64,000 nucleotides of DNA from Azolla caroliniana (Eukaryota; Plantae; Polypodiophyta), in contig JBHGNT010000005.1 of NCBI GenBank assembly GCA_043228905.1, forward strand, positions 13,516,001-13,580,000, in the 5' to 3' direction. Within the stretch, counting starts at the first letter, position 1; each line of letters begins with the position of its first letter. The notes under the pieces were generated by a model. The model did no database searches, was not told the DNA's origin, and saw only the letters and a list, made by a program, of their open reading frames with translations. This document shows, in pieces, positions 9,356 to 22,300 of the stretch. A program made the translations under genes and the position numbers.

Positions 9356-12300
9356 ATGGGAAATTCGCTACCGACTATGAAGCTCAACTGGAGCAACTAC
9401 GCATCTTGGTCATACAAGATGCACCAGTACCTGATTGGTCATGGCGATTGGAGTTATGTCAAAGGAGATAATGATACAACACCCGATTCAACACACAAGG
9501 ATTTTTTGGCTTGGGAACAAGCGGCGAGCAGAGTTCTCTACTGCTTTGCTTCCCATGTGAGGGACCAGCTATTGAGCTACATTCAGTATGCTAAGATGCC
9601 AAAAGATGCGTGGGCGAATCTCAAAAGGATTTTTGCTGCAAGCACAACGACCAGGAAGCTGCAGCTCAAACAGGAGCTCAACAATGTCCGATAGAAAGAT
9701 CTGTTGGTGGCCGATTATACGGCCCAAAACAAGGAAATCTGTGACTCTCTCGCCTCCGTCAATGTGAACGTCGAGGAGGACAAAATGGTGCAAGTTTGTC
9801 TTAGTAGGTTAGTGTCCAAGTTAGGAGCTTTCCGAACGGCGGTCTATACGAGGGAGAGTACGCCTTCATTCTTCGAGCTTCAGTCAATGTTGCTCATGGA
9901 GGAGAATTACGTGGGTGCATTGACAAGTACAAACGCCGACGGCAAGATGTTGTACATGGAGGAAGATAGGCCCCGCGGTCGTGGTAGATGAGGTAGATTG
10001 GCACGTAATGAAGGCGGTCGAGAAGAGAAGAATGTACGGCATAATCGAAATGCCGGAAGCAAGGCGGGTCATGGCGGCACCGGAAGCCGGCAAGAGAAGG
10101 CCGCATCAGAATGTTGGTACTGTAGCAAGAAAGGCCACAAGGAGAGCGACTGCTGGAAGAAACAAGCCGATTTGGACAAAGTTGGATCGAGCGGAAGAGA
10201 CACAAGAAGCCGTCAAAAGTCGCACTACGCTGAGGGCTCCAAACGAGCCGGAAATGGATTGGGCCCGGCCTTCGTAATGAAGCACAAGGCTAATTCAATG
10301 GCTGTGAACACCTCGAAATCAAGCGAGGTGTGGTATGTTGATTCCGGAGCGTCAAATCATATGATGAGTCAGAAGGAATTGTTCTCGTACTTGGAGATGC
10401 CGGAAAAGCAAGGAGTTGTCGAAATTGGAGACGACACTCCCCATACCATCGAACACGTCGGTGAAGTTCCCTTTAGCCACGTCGGGCAGAAAGGGAAACT
10501 CATGAACGTATTGGAAGTCCCGACAATAACAAAGAACTTAGTATCGGTTGGTCAGGTCTTCGACCAAGGGATGCAGGTTCGATTCACGCATCTTGGATGC
10601 TTCATTGAAGAAGAAGGTTAAGTGATCGTACAAGGGCGTCGTGAAGGGAGGATGTTTATCCTCGAAACAAACAATGTGGACATCACAATGTTTACGAAAG
10701 GACTGAAGGTCGAATCGGATATCGGCCTGTGGCACAAGTGGTTCGGCCACGTAAATTTCCCACGGCTTCATTAAATACAAATGAAGAACATTGTTTTCGG
10801 GTTCTCGAAATTTCGTGGCCGGTATGGCCAAGTCTGCGAACCTTGCCAAATGGGAAAACAACACCGACTTCCATTCCCCAACGAGCGTAACCATAATCGA
10901 AATCCACTGGATTTGATCCATTCGGATGTGTGGGGTCCGACACAGAATGTGAGTCTCGGTGGAAGCTGTTACTTTGTAATGTTCATCGATGACTTCACTC
11001 GATGACTTCACTCGGTACACGTGGGCATGCACGTTTGAGAAGAAGAGCGAAGTCTTCGCATGTTTCCTGAAGGTGAAGAGCTTTGCAGAAAGGGAAATGG
11101 GGCGTAAGTTCAAATGTGTACGGTCCGATGGTAGGAAGGAGTACTTCTCCAACCAATTCACGAGTTATCTACAGAAGGAGGGAATTCGGCATGAATTCTC
11201 GTGTAGATATACGCAGAGCAGAATGGCATAGCCGAAAAGAAGAATCGGACAATCAAAGAAGTGGCCAGGGCAATGCTTGAAGAGAAGCATATGCCGAAAT
11301 TTTATTGGGCCGAAGCCATGAAGACGGATTTCTACTTGCAGAATCGGACTTTTGCTAATGGAGGAGTGTCGCCACATGAGCTATATTTTGGGAAGAAGTC
11401 GGATTTTCAGTAGCATTGCATATGCCGAAGGAGAAGAGGAGGAAGTTGGACGCCAAAGCCGAATAGTGCATCTTAGTCGGCTACTCAGACGAACAGAAGG
11501 GGTATAAATGCTATAACCCCCGAACAAAGGAAGTACGCATAAGTCGAGATGTCGTGTTCGATGAATCCGCATCATGGTACTTGCCTTCACCTCCAATACC
11601 TCACGACTCCATTCCGAATTCTGAAGAAGAAGTTGGCGAGGCTGAGATGCCTCTGCATGATGAGGAAATCGGAGCTCTAAGAGAAAGTCCGATCTCATTT
11701 CGGCTAAGTGGGCGGAATGAGGGGTTCGGCCGAAATGGCCAACCTATTGAAGAGACGGCGAGTAGTGGAGATTTGACTGTGATGTCCCTGCGTAAAGAAC
11801 CGAGGAGACGGTTTACGCGCAAGGAGAAGGCTAAGAAGAAAATGCCAGAGTACGATTTCGGCAGCGCCAAGTCAATTCGGAGCGAATCTGACATCGAGCC
11901 GATCGTAAAGGAACCTCCGCGGAAGAGGTCAAAATCAGTCGAAAAGGTCGTGAAATCGGGTAATCACGAATTACGCTGATCTACCCGCCCAAAGAACCCC
12001 GTGAAGAGATATAGGTACAATGAATACATGGCGCACCATTATGCGTACATGATGCGAGTGCCGGAATTGCGTGAGCCAAGGAGCTACACAGAATCGGCGA
12101 AAGACGCAAATTGGTGTGCTGTGATGGAGGAAGAGATGCGCGCTTTAACACAGAATGAGACGTGGGAACTGGTTGACGTACAAAAGGGTGTGGAGCCGAT
12201 TGGATGTAGGTGGGTGTACAAGGTCAAATACAACACGGACGGCTCGGTCAACCAATATAAGGCCCGATTAGTTGCGAAACGTGCTGAAGCACGATGTGGA

Positions 12301-13990
12301 TTACGATGAGACCTTCGCGTCGGTCGCAAAGATGACTACCGTGCGTGTCCTGCTAGCTATAGCAGCGGCGAAGGGGATTCACTTACATCAAATGGATGTA
12401 AAGAACGCATTCCTGCAAGGCGATCTTGAGGAATAGGTGTACATGGTACAACCCCCTGGATTTCTATCCGAACTGAACACTTTGCTAGTTTGTTGATTGA
12501 AGAAGTCACTTTATGGACTCAAGCAAGCCCCACGAGCTTCGAACGCAAAGATTACGCAACGGTTGCGTAAGATGGGGTCTTCGACATCGAAGTCTGACTC
12601 TTCATTATTTGTTTGGCAAGGTTAACACGGCCTGGTAAGCCTTCTGTTATATGTTGATGACTTAATCATCGCTGGTGCTGACCTAAACAAAATCAGCCGT
12701 GTAAAGTCTCAACTTGCGGCATCATTCGAAATGAAGGATCTCGGAGACCTTCATTACTTCCTCAGGATCGAAGTGATCCGCACCCTCGAAGGCATATTGA
12801 TTAGCCATCGTCATTATGCGCTGAATATGCTCTTCAAGTTCGGGATGGCAGACTGTAAGCCCATCTCGACCCCTTTGGATAGGAACGTGAAGCTTTGCCC
12901 AAATTCGAGAAGAGCGTGTGACCCGACACGGTTCCGACAGATTGTCGAAAGCCTCATCTATTTGACTATTAGTCGGCCAGACCTCAGTTACCCGGTCGAA
13001 TTGATCAGTCAATTCATGTCGCAGCCTACGACCGAACACTTTCAGTGCGCGCAAAGGATATTGCGATATGTCAGCGGCATGAAAGACATGGCGTTGCTAT
13101 ATTGGGCAGGCGTAGCCGAACAATTAGTCGGCTACAAGGATGTTGATTGGGCCAGAAACGCCCATGATCGTAGATCCACATCCGGATACGCATTCTCTCT
13201 AGGAGGTGTGGCGATCACATGGAGCAATAAGAAGCAGCCGATAGTAGCATTGTCGACCACGGAGGCCGAGTATCGAGGGGCGACTGCCACTATGTGCGAA
13301 GTCATTTGGCTAAAACAACTATTACAAGATTTGCATGTAGAGGTGTCTGATCCGACGACAATCTATTGTGATAACCTCAGCATTATCCACCTTGCGAAAA
13401 ACCCTGTGTTCACGCCCAGACCAAACACATTGAGGTGCATTACCATTTTGTCTGCAAGCAGGTCCTTTCAGGTGAAGTCGAACTAGTGCATGTTCCGACT
13501 GCTCGGCAACTTGACGACATCTTCACCAAGCCTCTTGATCTCGACAAGTTACAACATTTCTCAGGTGAGCTTGGGTTGCGTCACCTCGACATACTGAACT
13601 TGAGGGGGAGAAAGGAAGAACAAGAACAAGAGCGTGAAAGGAGAGGAGGTGTTCATTGCAGCAGAAGTGACTGTGACGCGGAATCAGATGAAGAATTTGA
13701 TTTCGGGACGGTTGAAGAAGCCGAAAGAAAGAGCAAGGGCCACAACCATAAGGGAGGGCCAAGGATAGCTGAATTGGGGGGGGGGATACAACCAAGATGG
13801 GTGTAAAGGCCAAGACCAAGACGTGGTCGGATGTAGTAAAAGTCCTAAAGACAAAAGACGAATTGGAGACAGCTAGTTCGGATGAGAGCGGAATTGAATC
13901 AGAAGTGTTCGATTCGGATATGCCGAATCAACTGAAGGCGATGCGGAGAAAAGGGTAGTGAAGGACGCACCAACACCACGACAGCAAGGG
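9356..13990 (+). pseudogene. Copia B gag-pol (degenerate) with C-terminal tail
   Basis: CWYCSKKGHKESDC knuckle; WYVDSGASNHM; LDLIHSDVWGP integrase; LLYVDD RT; YCDNLS..LAKNPVF RNase H; many stops. Confidence 0.93.
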
Positions 13991-14147
13991 ATATGAGAAG
14001 GGCCGGATGAGCAGACAGGCTGACCGAAAGGGTCGAGGCGCGTGTATTTGAATAGGTCGAGGAGCGCGAGTGAGGCGTGAAACCAAGAGGAGCTGGAGCG
14101 AAGATCCAGAAGAATAGGTGGAGCCTCAAGTTGAGCTTGAGGGGGAG

Positions 14148-14572
14148 TGTTGAGTAACAAGCTCAACATTGAGTGCGTAATACGACATGTAACCTAGTGC
14201 GCAGACTAGACGCGCAAGTTAGTATGCATAACTTGGTTGTATCGGTGTGTAAACAAAAAGGCCGTTAGAGCGATATTCCTCATAAGGAATAATTTTGGGA
14301 GTGGCTGTCGTGGCTCATTTATGAGTGGTCAAGTACTTTCAGTACTTGTGTTAGCCCAATTGTTAGGGCTTGTATAAAAGGTGCTCAATGAGCACGATGT
14401 ATGTATAGAGGGTAATGTTTTGAATTTGAGTTTTGTGTTCTGCTCTCTCTTTGTCTCTCCCTCTCTCCAGCTCCATCTCTGCGTTTTCTATGTTTTACCA
14501 AACTGTTGTTTTCTGAACTATTTACTCTATTCTTGAGCATACGCTTCTGCACACACACACTATTCTTTTACA
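14148..14572 (+). repeat. 3' LTR of Copia B
   Basis: TGTTGAG...TTTTACA following PPT TTGAGGGGGAG. Confidence 0.95.
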
Positions 14573-15561
14573 AATTCAGTTGCAGATATACGCTAGAACA
14601 AAACGGGGTAGCCGAGAGGAAGAACTGGTCAGTTCTGGAAGCGTTAAGGGAATAAGGTGTACATCCAAAACGGAATCGTGGATAAGGTGTCGGCACACGA
14701 GCTGTATTTCGGATGGAAGCCAAACTTACAACACCTGAGTATATTTGGTAGCAATGCCTATGTGCATGTGCCCAATGAGAAGAGGCAGAAGTTGGACCCG
14801 AAGTTGGAGAGTGCATATTGGTCGGCTACTCTCATGAGTAGAAGGGGTATAAATGCTACAACCCCTGGACCAAACAAGTTTGAGTAAGGCGCAATGTTGA
14901 ATTCGACAAGCCGGCATCCTGGTACTCTCTAGCAACTCCAACTCCTGACCACCCCATTCCGGAAGATGAGGTTAGTGAGCCCGAAATGATCCACAGAGAA
15001 GAAGAAGAAGAGTTCGGTACTCTAGACGAGAGTCCGATCTCATTTTGGCTGAGCGGGCCAAATGAAAGATTGAGTCGGAGTGACCAATCAGATGATGAGC
15101 CAGTGAGTAGTGGAGACTCGACATGGTTGTCCCCATGCAAGGAACTAAGGAGACGGTGCACATGAAAAGAGAAGGGCAAGTAGAAGATGTTGGAATATGA
15201 CACGACCAGGGACGAGTCGGATGTGAATCCGACTCCGGAAAGAATGAAGACGGACCTTCGGAGACAAAGTCCAAGTCGGCGAAGAAAACCCTTAAATTGG
15301 CCAACAAGAAGTTATGTCGATCGACCTGCCAAAAGAATCCCGTGAAGCGGTATGGGTATAATGAATACATGGCACATCACTATTCGTACATGACGAAAGT
15401 GGCCGAAGTGTGTGAGTTAAAGAGCTACGCATAAGCGGTGAAAGACTCAAATTAGTGTGTCACGATGGAGGAAGAAATTCAGGCACTCGATGCCAATCAC
15501 ACATGCGACCTGGTTGACCCTCCCCGACACTCCAAACTGATCGACTGAGTGGGTATACAAG
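14573..15561 (+). pseudogene. Copia A integrase C-part and RT start
   Basis: SCRYTLEQNGVAE, AYVHVPNEKRQKLD, CRSTCQKNPVKRYGYNEY, WVYK. Confidence 0.9.
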
Positions 15562-15641
15562 TGTAAAAGTTGTGCGGAAGAAATAGAAGACCGAACACAG
15601 AAACGCAAGTATAATGGAGAGCTTAGAATATACACAGTACG

Positions 15642-15950
15642 TGTCATGATATGGCAAGACTCGAACCCATGACCTTAGGTTATATGAGTCGAGCTCTTGA
15701 CCATTATATCATCTATTGTAATACGTAGGATATTATTTTCATTTACATTTTGTTATAGGAAATCAATGTATATTCCATATTTCTCTGGAACATTCTAGAA
15801 GCTTCAGGATTACTCCTGAGAACACTATAAAAGAGGGCACTAGGCATTATGTTGAACCAAATTGGTTCAACTCTAGTCTTTAGCCTCATAGCCCTTTTGT
15901 ACTTACTCTTCTTATAATATATAATATGTTATCATCATCTCTCATCCTCG

Positions 15951-16018
<68 letters not shown>

Positions 16019-16123
16019 TTCTCTTCCTCTCTCGGGAGTCTTACGCAGTCCCGTCCCCTTAGTTCTAATAGTATTTCCCTTCTCTAGTACTAATTCTCTC
16101 TCTGTTTAGTACTATTCCTGACA
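15642..16123 (+). mobile_element. Solo-LTR S1 (482 bp) inside the 3' LTR of D
   Basis: TGTCA...TGACA termini; perfect TSD GTACG at 15637-15641 and 16124-16128; TATAAAA box; contains a (CT)n tract. Confidence 0.95.
15954..16013. repeat. (CT)n microsatellite within S1
   Basis: About 30 CT units. Confidence 0.95.
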
Positions 16124-16703
16124 GTACGCGGGAGAGACACACAGAGAGGCAGCACACAGAAACTCAATTCAAAATAATACTCAATCTGTACATCGTATGT
16201 GTTCAGTGAACACTTTTATACAAGTCCATACATACTGACAAATGTACGATGTACTTCAATGCTCACACAAGCGCCTGACACTAATTATGAGACATTAACT
16301 ACCTAGTAGATTAGGCTGCTACTAGCCTTCCGATTACTAATGGATCCGGCTAATCGGCTCCCCAGCTCATCGGCTCACCGATCCGGCTCATCCTTCTGGA
16401 TGCCGATCCGACTCAGGCTTATTCAGCCGATCCGGATCCGGTTGAGCTTGCCGCTCAACACTCCCCCTCAAGCTCAACTTGAGGTCGGATTGTAGTGTTA
16501 GTCTCCATGGTAGCCGATCCTTCCACCCGGCTCCTTCTGGGGTCACTCCGCCTCGCTCGCGCTCCTCATCTGGTCCGGTCTTGTTTGCCGTGACCCTTTT
16601 GTTTTTGTGCACCTCGACCTCCTCGGTCGGTTTGTCTACTCAACAAGTCAAAATCAACTCCCTCACTACTGTGACTTCGGCGCTTGTCGACTTGCCGATT
16701 TCT

Positions 16704-18662
16704 TCATGTTGGCGTCGACTTTTGTTGCCTTCTCGTCCTCTTGGCCTTGAATTGATCCGGTTCTTTCCAATATGTCTGTTGAACTGAATCGACTGTCTCT
16801 AATTCATTCCAGCTCTTGTCTGAATTGGTCGCTCCCGATTCGTCTTCCGGTTCTAGGCCCTTCACCACATCGGACCATATCTGAGTCTTGGCCTTCTTCT
16901 TCCGGTCGGTTCTGTCCTTCTTGACTCTACCACCGTTGCCGCTTGTTCCGACTTGTTCAAATGTGTCAACTTCCTTTGTCGACTCGGCTCCTTTCTTCTT
17001 CTTGTCTCTCCCCTTGTCGGTTCTTCCCTTACTGGCACAATCAACAGTCTCTTTGACTTTGCCCGTTCCGGTGTCTTTGCCCGTTCTCCCCCTCAAGTGT
17101 GGCACGTCGAGATGCTGAACACCAAGCTTTTCGTTGAAGGGCTGCAACTTGTCCGATCCGAGCGGTTTGGTGAAGGTGTCGGCAACTTGCCAATCCATAT
17201 GAACATACCGAAGTTCGACTTAACCGCTCAGGACACGTTCACGCACGAAGTGGTTGTGCACTTCTATGTGCTTTGTGCGAGCATGGAATACGGGGTTCTT
17301 GGTGAGCTACATGCTGCTTATGTTGTCACAGTAGATTAGGATCGGGGTTGGCACCTCGATACGCAGGTCTTGCAGTAGTCGCCGAAGCCAAATGGCTTCA
17401 CAGGTGGCAATGGTAGCGCCCCGGTATTCAACCTCAGTGCTCAAAAGGGCCACGCAACAACCGCGCTACCAAGGGAAAACATTTAGCCAGAGGTGGATCG
17501 GCGATTAGTGTAGCCGACTAGCTCTTCGGTTATACCATGCCGGTATAACAGTCCATGTTCCTTTGTGTCGCTCACATATCGCAAAATTCGATGCGCGCAC
17601 AAAAGGTGCTCCATGGTCGGCTTTTGCATATATTGGTTGATCACGCTGATCAGATAACTGTTGTCAGGTCGGGTATTTGTCAAATATATAAGGGTTCCGA
17701 CGATTTGTTGGAACCGCTGCTCATCGCAGGCCGGTCCGAAGTCGGGACGGAGCTTCTGGTTCCGGTCCAGGGGTGTGGAGATCGGTCGACATTCAGTCAT
17801 GCCGAACTTGTACAGCATATTCAGCACAGTGTCTTTGTGAGAGAAATATGTAATCAAGGGTTAGGATCACCTCGATCCCAAGGAGATAGTGAAGGTCCCC
17901 TAGGTCCTTCATCTCAAATGCGTCCGATAGCTGGGACTTGACTCGGCTGATTTCATCGAGTCCGGGTCCGGTGATGACTAGATCATCAACATACAACAAG
18001 ATGCAAACCGGACCGTCCGGACCTTGCCGGATTAACAACGAAGAGTCAGACTTGGAGGCCACAAACCCAATTTTATGCAACCGGTGCGTGATCTTCGCAT
18101 TCCAAGCTCGGGGGGCTTGCTTCAGGAGTAGCACCAGACGAACTGTCGTCATCTTCGCTACCGGAGCAAAGGTCTTGTCGTAGTCGATTCCATGGGTCTG
18201 CGTGTATCCCTTCGCCACTAACTGGGCCTTGTACCGTTTAACCGAACCATCGGCATTGTACTTTACCTTGTATACCCACTTACGTCCGATTGGTTTATAG
18301 TGTCAAGGAGGGTCAACTAAGTCCCATGTGTTGTTGGCATCAAGTGCCCGCATTTCTTCCTCCATAGCGGCATGCCAATTTGCGTCCCTTGCCGCTTCTA
18401 CGTAGCTCTCCGGCTCACACACTTCCGCCACCTTGGTCATGTACGCATAATGATGCGCCATGTACTCATTATACCCGTACTGTGTAACGGGGTTCTTCAG
18501 GTGGGAAGACCGGCGTAACTTGGTATTACCCGGTTTGAGGCCCTTCTTGGCCAGATCCACCTTCATCCTTTCCGGAGTCAGATTCGCTCCGAGCCGACTC
18601 AACGTTGTCGGTTTCGTATTCCGGCATCTTCTTCTTCCCCTTCTCTTTGCGTGTGAACCAGC
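16704..18662 (-). pseudogene. Copia D RT-RNase H-tail (degenerate, with internal deletions)
   Basis: CILLYVDDLVITG; ADTFTKPL; the HQMDVK segment is missing. Confidence 0.9.
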
Positions 18663-19378
18663 TGTTACCTGGACAAGTATAGATACGTCAGACTCAGAAG
18701 GATGTTCGGAGTCGGATCGACAGTTTGGATCGATGACTCAGTAGATAGCCGAATATGACATAGTTAGTTACAAAGTTTTGTAATTCATGATAATTATAGG
18801 TAGTAGGATTTCTTGATGAGAAAAGACCTTCGGGTTACCTATAAAAGGAAACCAAAGGCATTGTAAAAATCTATCATTGTATTTAGTAATATAAAGTTTG
18901 GTTAAGAAATCTCTGTGTCCGGATTACTTTTTGCCATATATTTCTTTCTGTCTAAACTATATTACATAAGTCACGATCTTGGTGTCTATTATCATCGATA
19001 AGTTACATATAATTAGTATCTATTTGTCTAACCACAACTTCTTGACAGAATGTTCAGTACGAACGTTCGTCTTATACTGTGTCAGCAAAGTAGTAATTGT
19101 CGACCGAACAACACAGTATAATTTTGGCACGCTCAATTACATCTACAAATAGCGGAGAACAAGACGAATGGATGCCGTCTGGTCCGAATACACCAGTCAG
19201 TTGTAAACGTCCTCGTACGCGTTCTGTTACGAAGACGCTAGAGACAGAATCGGCTGAGGGATTACAGTCGAAAACAAGTAGAAGGTGGTCGGTACTTCCT
19301 AATTTAACTGATAGCAAGTCTTCCGACGAAAATTAGTCGGAAGAGGTATCATTTTACGATATCTAGACTAAGGACAAT

Positions 19379-22300
19379 ATGCCTTATCCGTACTCGAAGT
19401 TCCGTGAGGGAGCTGATGCAGAAGCGCATGTGAGGGATTTCCTGAAAACATGGGAGATTAATCATGGAGCTCAGAGACTGTCGGCGGCAGCCGAAGATGA
19501 GTCTAAGATTTCTAAGTTCGTTTTGTCATTGGAGGGTTATTCCGCTAATTGGTTTTCGCAAAATGGTCTCCGTGAGTTCGAAACATTCAAACAGTTGAAC
19601 AACAAATTTCTGCAATTATTTCATTGTCAAATACCTCAAAAAGATTTGATAGCACAATTTTATGCATTGTATTAGGAGTAGCACGAAACAGTGTCTCAAT
19701 TCGTGATCCGTTTTCAGAATTTGCAAGTTCAAATTTCTAGGCCTATTCCGGACAATGAATTGAAGGATTTATTCATTGAAGCAATTCGTGAACCATTACG
19801 AACAACATTGAAGGTGTTCGATTTCCGGAATCAGAATATTGAGCAAGTGATTGATAAGGCAATCGTTATGGGCCGAGAGCCGATAAATGTACGGAGTATG
19901 GATATGTCAGCACTAAGTCGTACACTGCCAAAGATGGAGGAGTTACAATTTCGACAAGTAGTTCAGTGTACTACTTGTTTATATATCGGTCATTCGACGA
20001 TCTAATGTAGTCTGCGAACACATTGCACAATCTGTCATTCTAAACTTCATTCGGTCGAGCAATGTGAGTATAACTTGCTTAATAAGATGACAGGTCCGGT
20101 AAGACAAATATTTCCGGAAAACGGGTACCACAATAACCAGAATTCGTTCAATAATGGATACCAACAAAATAGTTTTCCACAAGGTCAACAAAATAATTTT
20201 CAAAAAAATCAAGCCTTTCAGCAAAATAAATTCTAGCAGAATCCAGCTTTTCAACAAAGTAATTTTCAGCACAATCAAGAATTTCAACCAAATCAGAATT
20301 CTCGATAGCACCGAATATGCATCAGCAACAGCAAAATGGAGGATGGTTTAAGCAGAACCGGTATAAAAATAAAAAATTCTACAAGCCGAAAGCCTCATGA
20401 CAGTTTCAGCAATCGCAGAATGATGGTCAACAGTTTATGCAAAATGATGGGACTAGTCAGTTTGAGCAAGGCGAGGGAAGTGGAATGTTTGTTCCTATTT
20501 GCTATATTTGCCGTCAAATTGGTCATTATGCTAATCAGTGTCCTGCTAAAGGAAAAGGACTGGCGGTTAATATGGTTATACCGGAAATACAACAAGTAAC
20601 CAGTAGAAGCAAAAGTAAACAATCTGAGTGGGAGATTCAGGAAGCAGTCCGAAAAGCAGCCAAGGAATGGTTAGAGGAAGCAAACAAAAATAATGTAAAC
20701 CGGATGCTCCAAGACAATGAAATTAACCAAGCTACCGAATTACCAGGAGTGATTGTTGTACCAGAACAAGAGGAAACTTGGAAGCTCTTGGCAGATTGCC
20801 AATTGTCATTACCACTAACCAGATTACTTAAGTTGGTCCCTAGATTTACTGAAAAAGTGGCGACATTGATTGCCCAAAAGGGGTTTGAACAAGTATCGGT
20901 ACACTATAGTCAGCCGAGCACTAGCCCTTCAATCATGGATGAGCAAAATCCATCAATTAAAGTAATAATTCAAGGCCAGGAAATCGAAAATACGATTATC
21001 GATGGGGGCTCAGGAGTGAATGTCATTAATAAAACCACTTGTGATAGGTTGGGAATTACTAAATGGGAAGCTTGCCCATTTTGGCTAAGAATGGCGGATA
21101 CCACTACAGTACGACCAATTGGTTTACTCCGCCAATTAGAGGTGGTATTTATTGGGTGGTCATAGTTTTCTGATATCAGCACTAATACTTCATTTGGAAG
21201 CTCCTGGTGCATATCCTTTGTTATTAGGGCGACCGTGGATAAAGACTGCTAACATCAAGCAGAATTGGAATCAAAATCAACTAACATTCAGAAAAGGCAA
21301 AACAAAAATCCGGGTTTCGACACAGAATAAGATTGCCACAAGCAAACAGTGTTTGCCTGTGTATGCTGAGTTCGTCAATATGATGGAAGGATTAGATGAG
21401 GTCGAAGAAAATCAGTATTTTGATGATAATCCAAAAATCATTCCTTTGTTCGAAGTAGATATTTTACAAGCCTTGACGCCATATGTGGATTCCTAGGAGG
21501 AATTGCCAATAAATGAGCAAGCAATGAAGGAAATACGACTCCAGCAAGAAGCTACCAATAGAGAGATGAAGGTGTCCCAACGAGTTCAAGCTTCAACATT
21601 GGAGGAAATAAATTTGGCAGAAGAAGATGGGGACAAGGAGTTGAAAACAATACTCATTGCTAAGGATATGATAGAAGCGGACAAACAAAGGTTAACAACA
21701 TTATTAAAGTAATATAAGGATGTCTTTGCCTGGTCTTTTGAAGATATGAAGGGACTAGATCCAACTTTTTGTCAACATCAAATCAACCTGCATAAGGATG
21801 CAAAGCCAGTTCAACAACCTAGGTACCGATTAAATCCTAATTATGTTATTAAAATTAAAGAAGAAATAGATAAACTTTTGAAAGTAGGGTTATTCTTCCG
21901 GTGAAAAAACCGACATGGTTAAGTTCAATCATCATAGTTCTGAAAACGAATGGCAAAATTCGGGTATGTGTCGACTGCTGGAAACTAAATGTGGCTACCG
22001 TTACGGATGCGTTTCCATTACCATTTACGGATGGTATTTTAGATGCGGTAGCTGGCCATGAAGTATATAGTTTCCTAGATGGTTTTAGTGGTTATAATCA
22101 GGTTCGGATGAATCTGGAAGATCAAGAAAAGACAACTTTTGTTACAAAATGGGGAGTGTTTGTAGCAGTAGTAATGATGTTTGGCTTGAAGACTGCTCCA
22201 ACGACATTTCAAAGAGTGATACAAGAAATATTTGGGAATTACATTCCTACCTTTATGCAAGTATTTTTGGATGATTTTGCTGTTTATAGTAGGAAAACCA

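Larger units (their letters stand above)
3678..14572 (+). mobile_element. Copia B (same family as A), inserted in A integrase
   Basis: TSD AATTC at 3673-3677 and 14573-14577; A frame REF|SCRY resumes afterwards; 5' LTR 3678-3708 plus 8520-9231; PBS 9232-9243; PPT 14137-14147; 3' LTR 14148-14572. Confidence 0.95.

Noticed and set aside
10988-11014. 13-bp duplication in B integrase (and a similar 20-27 bp one at about 31392-31437 in A)
   Set aside because: Ordinary slippage lesions in decayed copies
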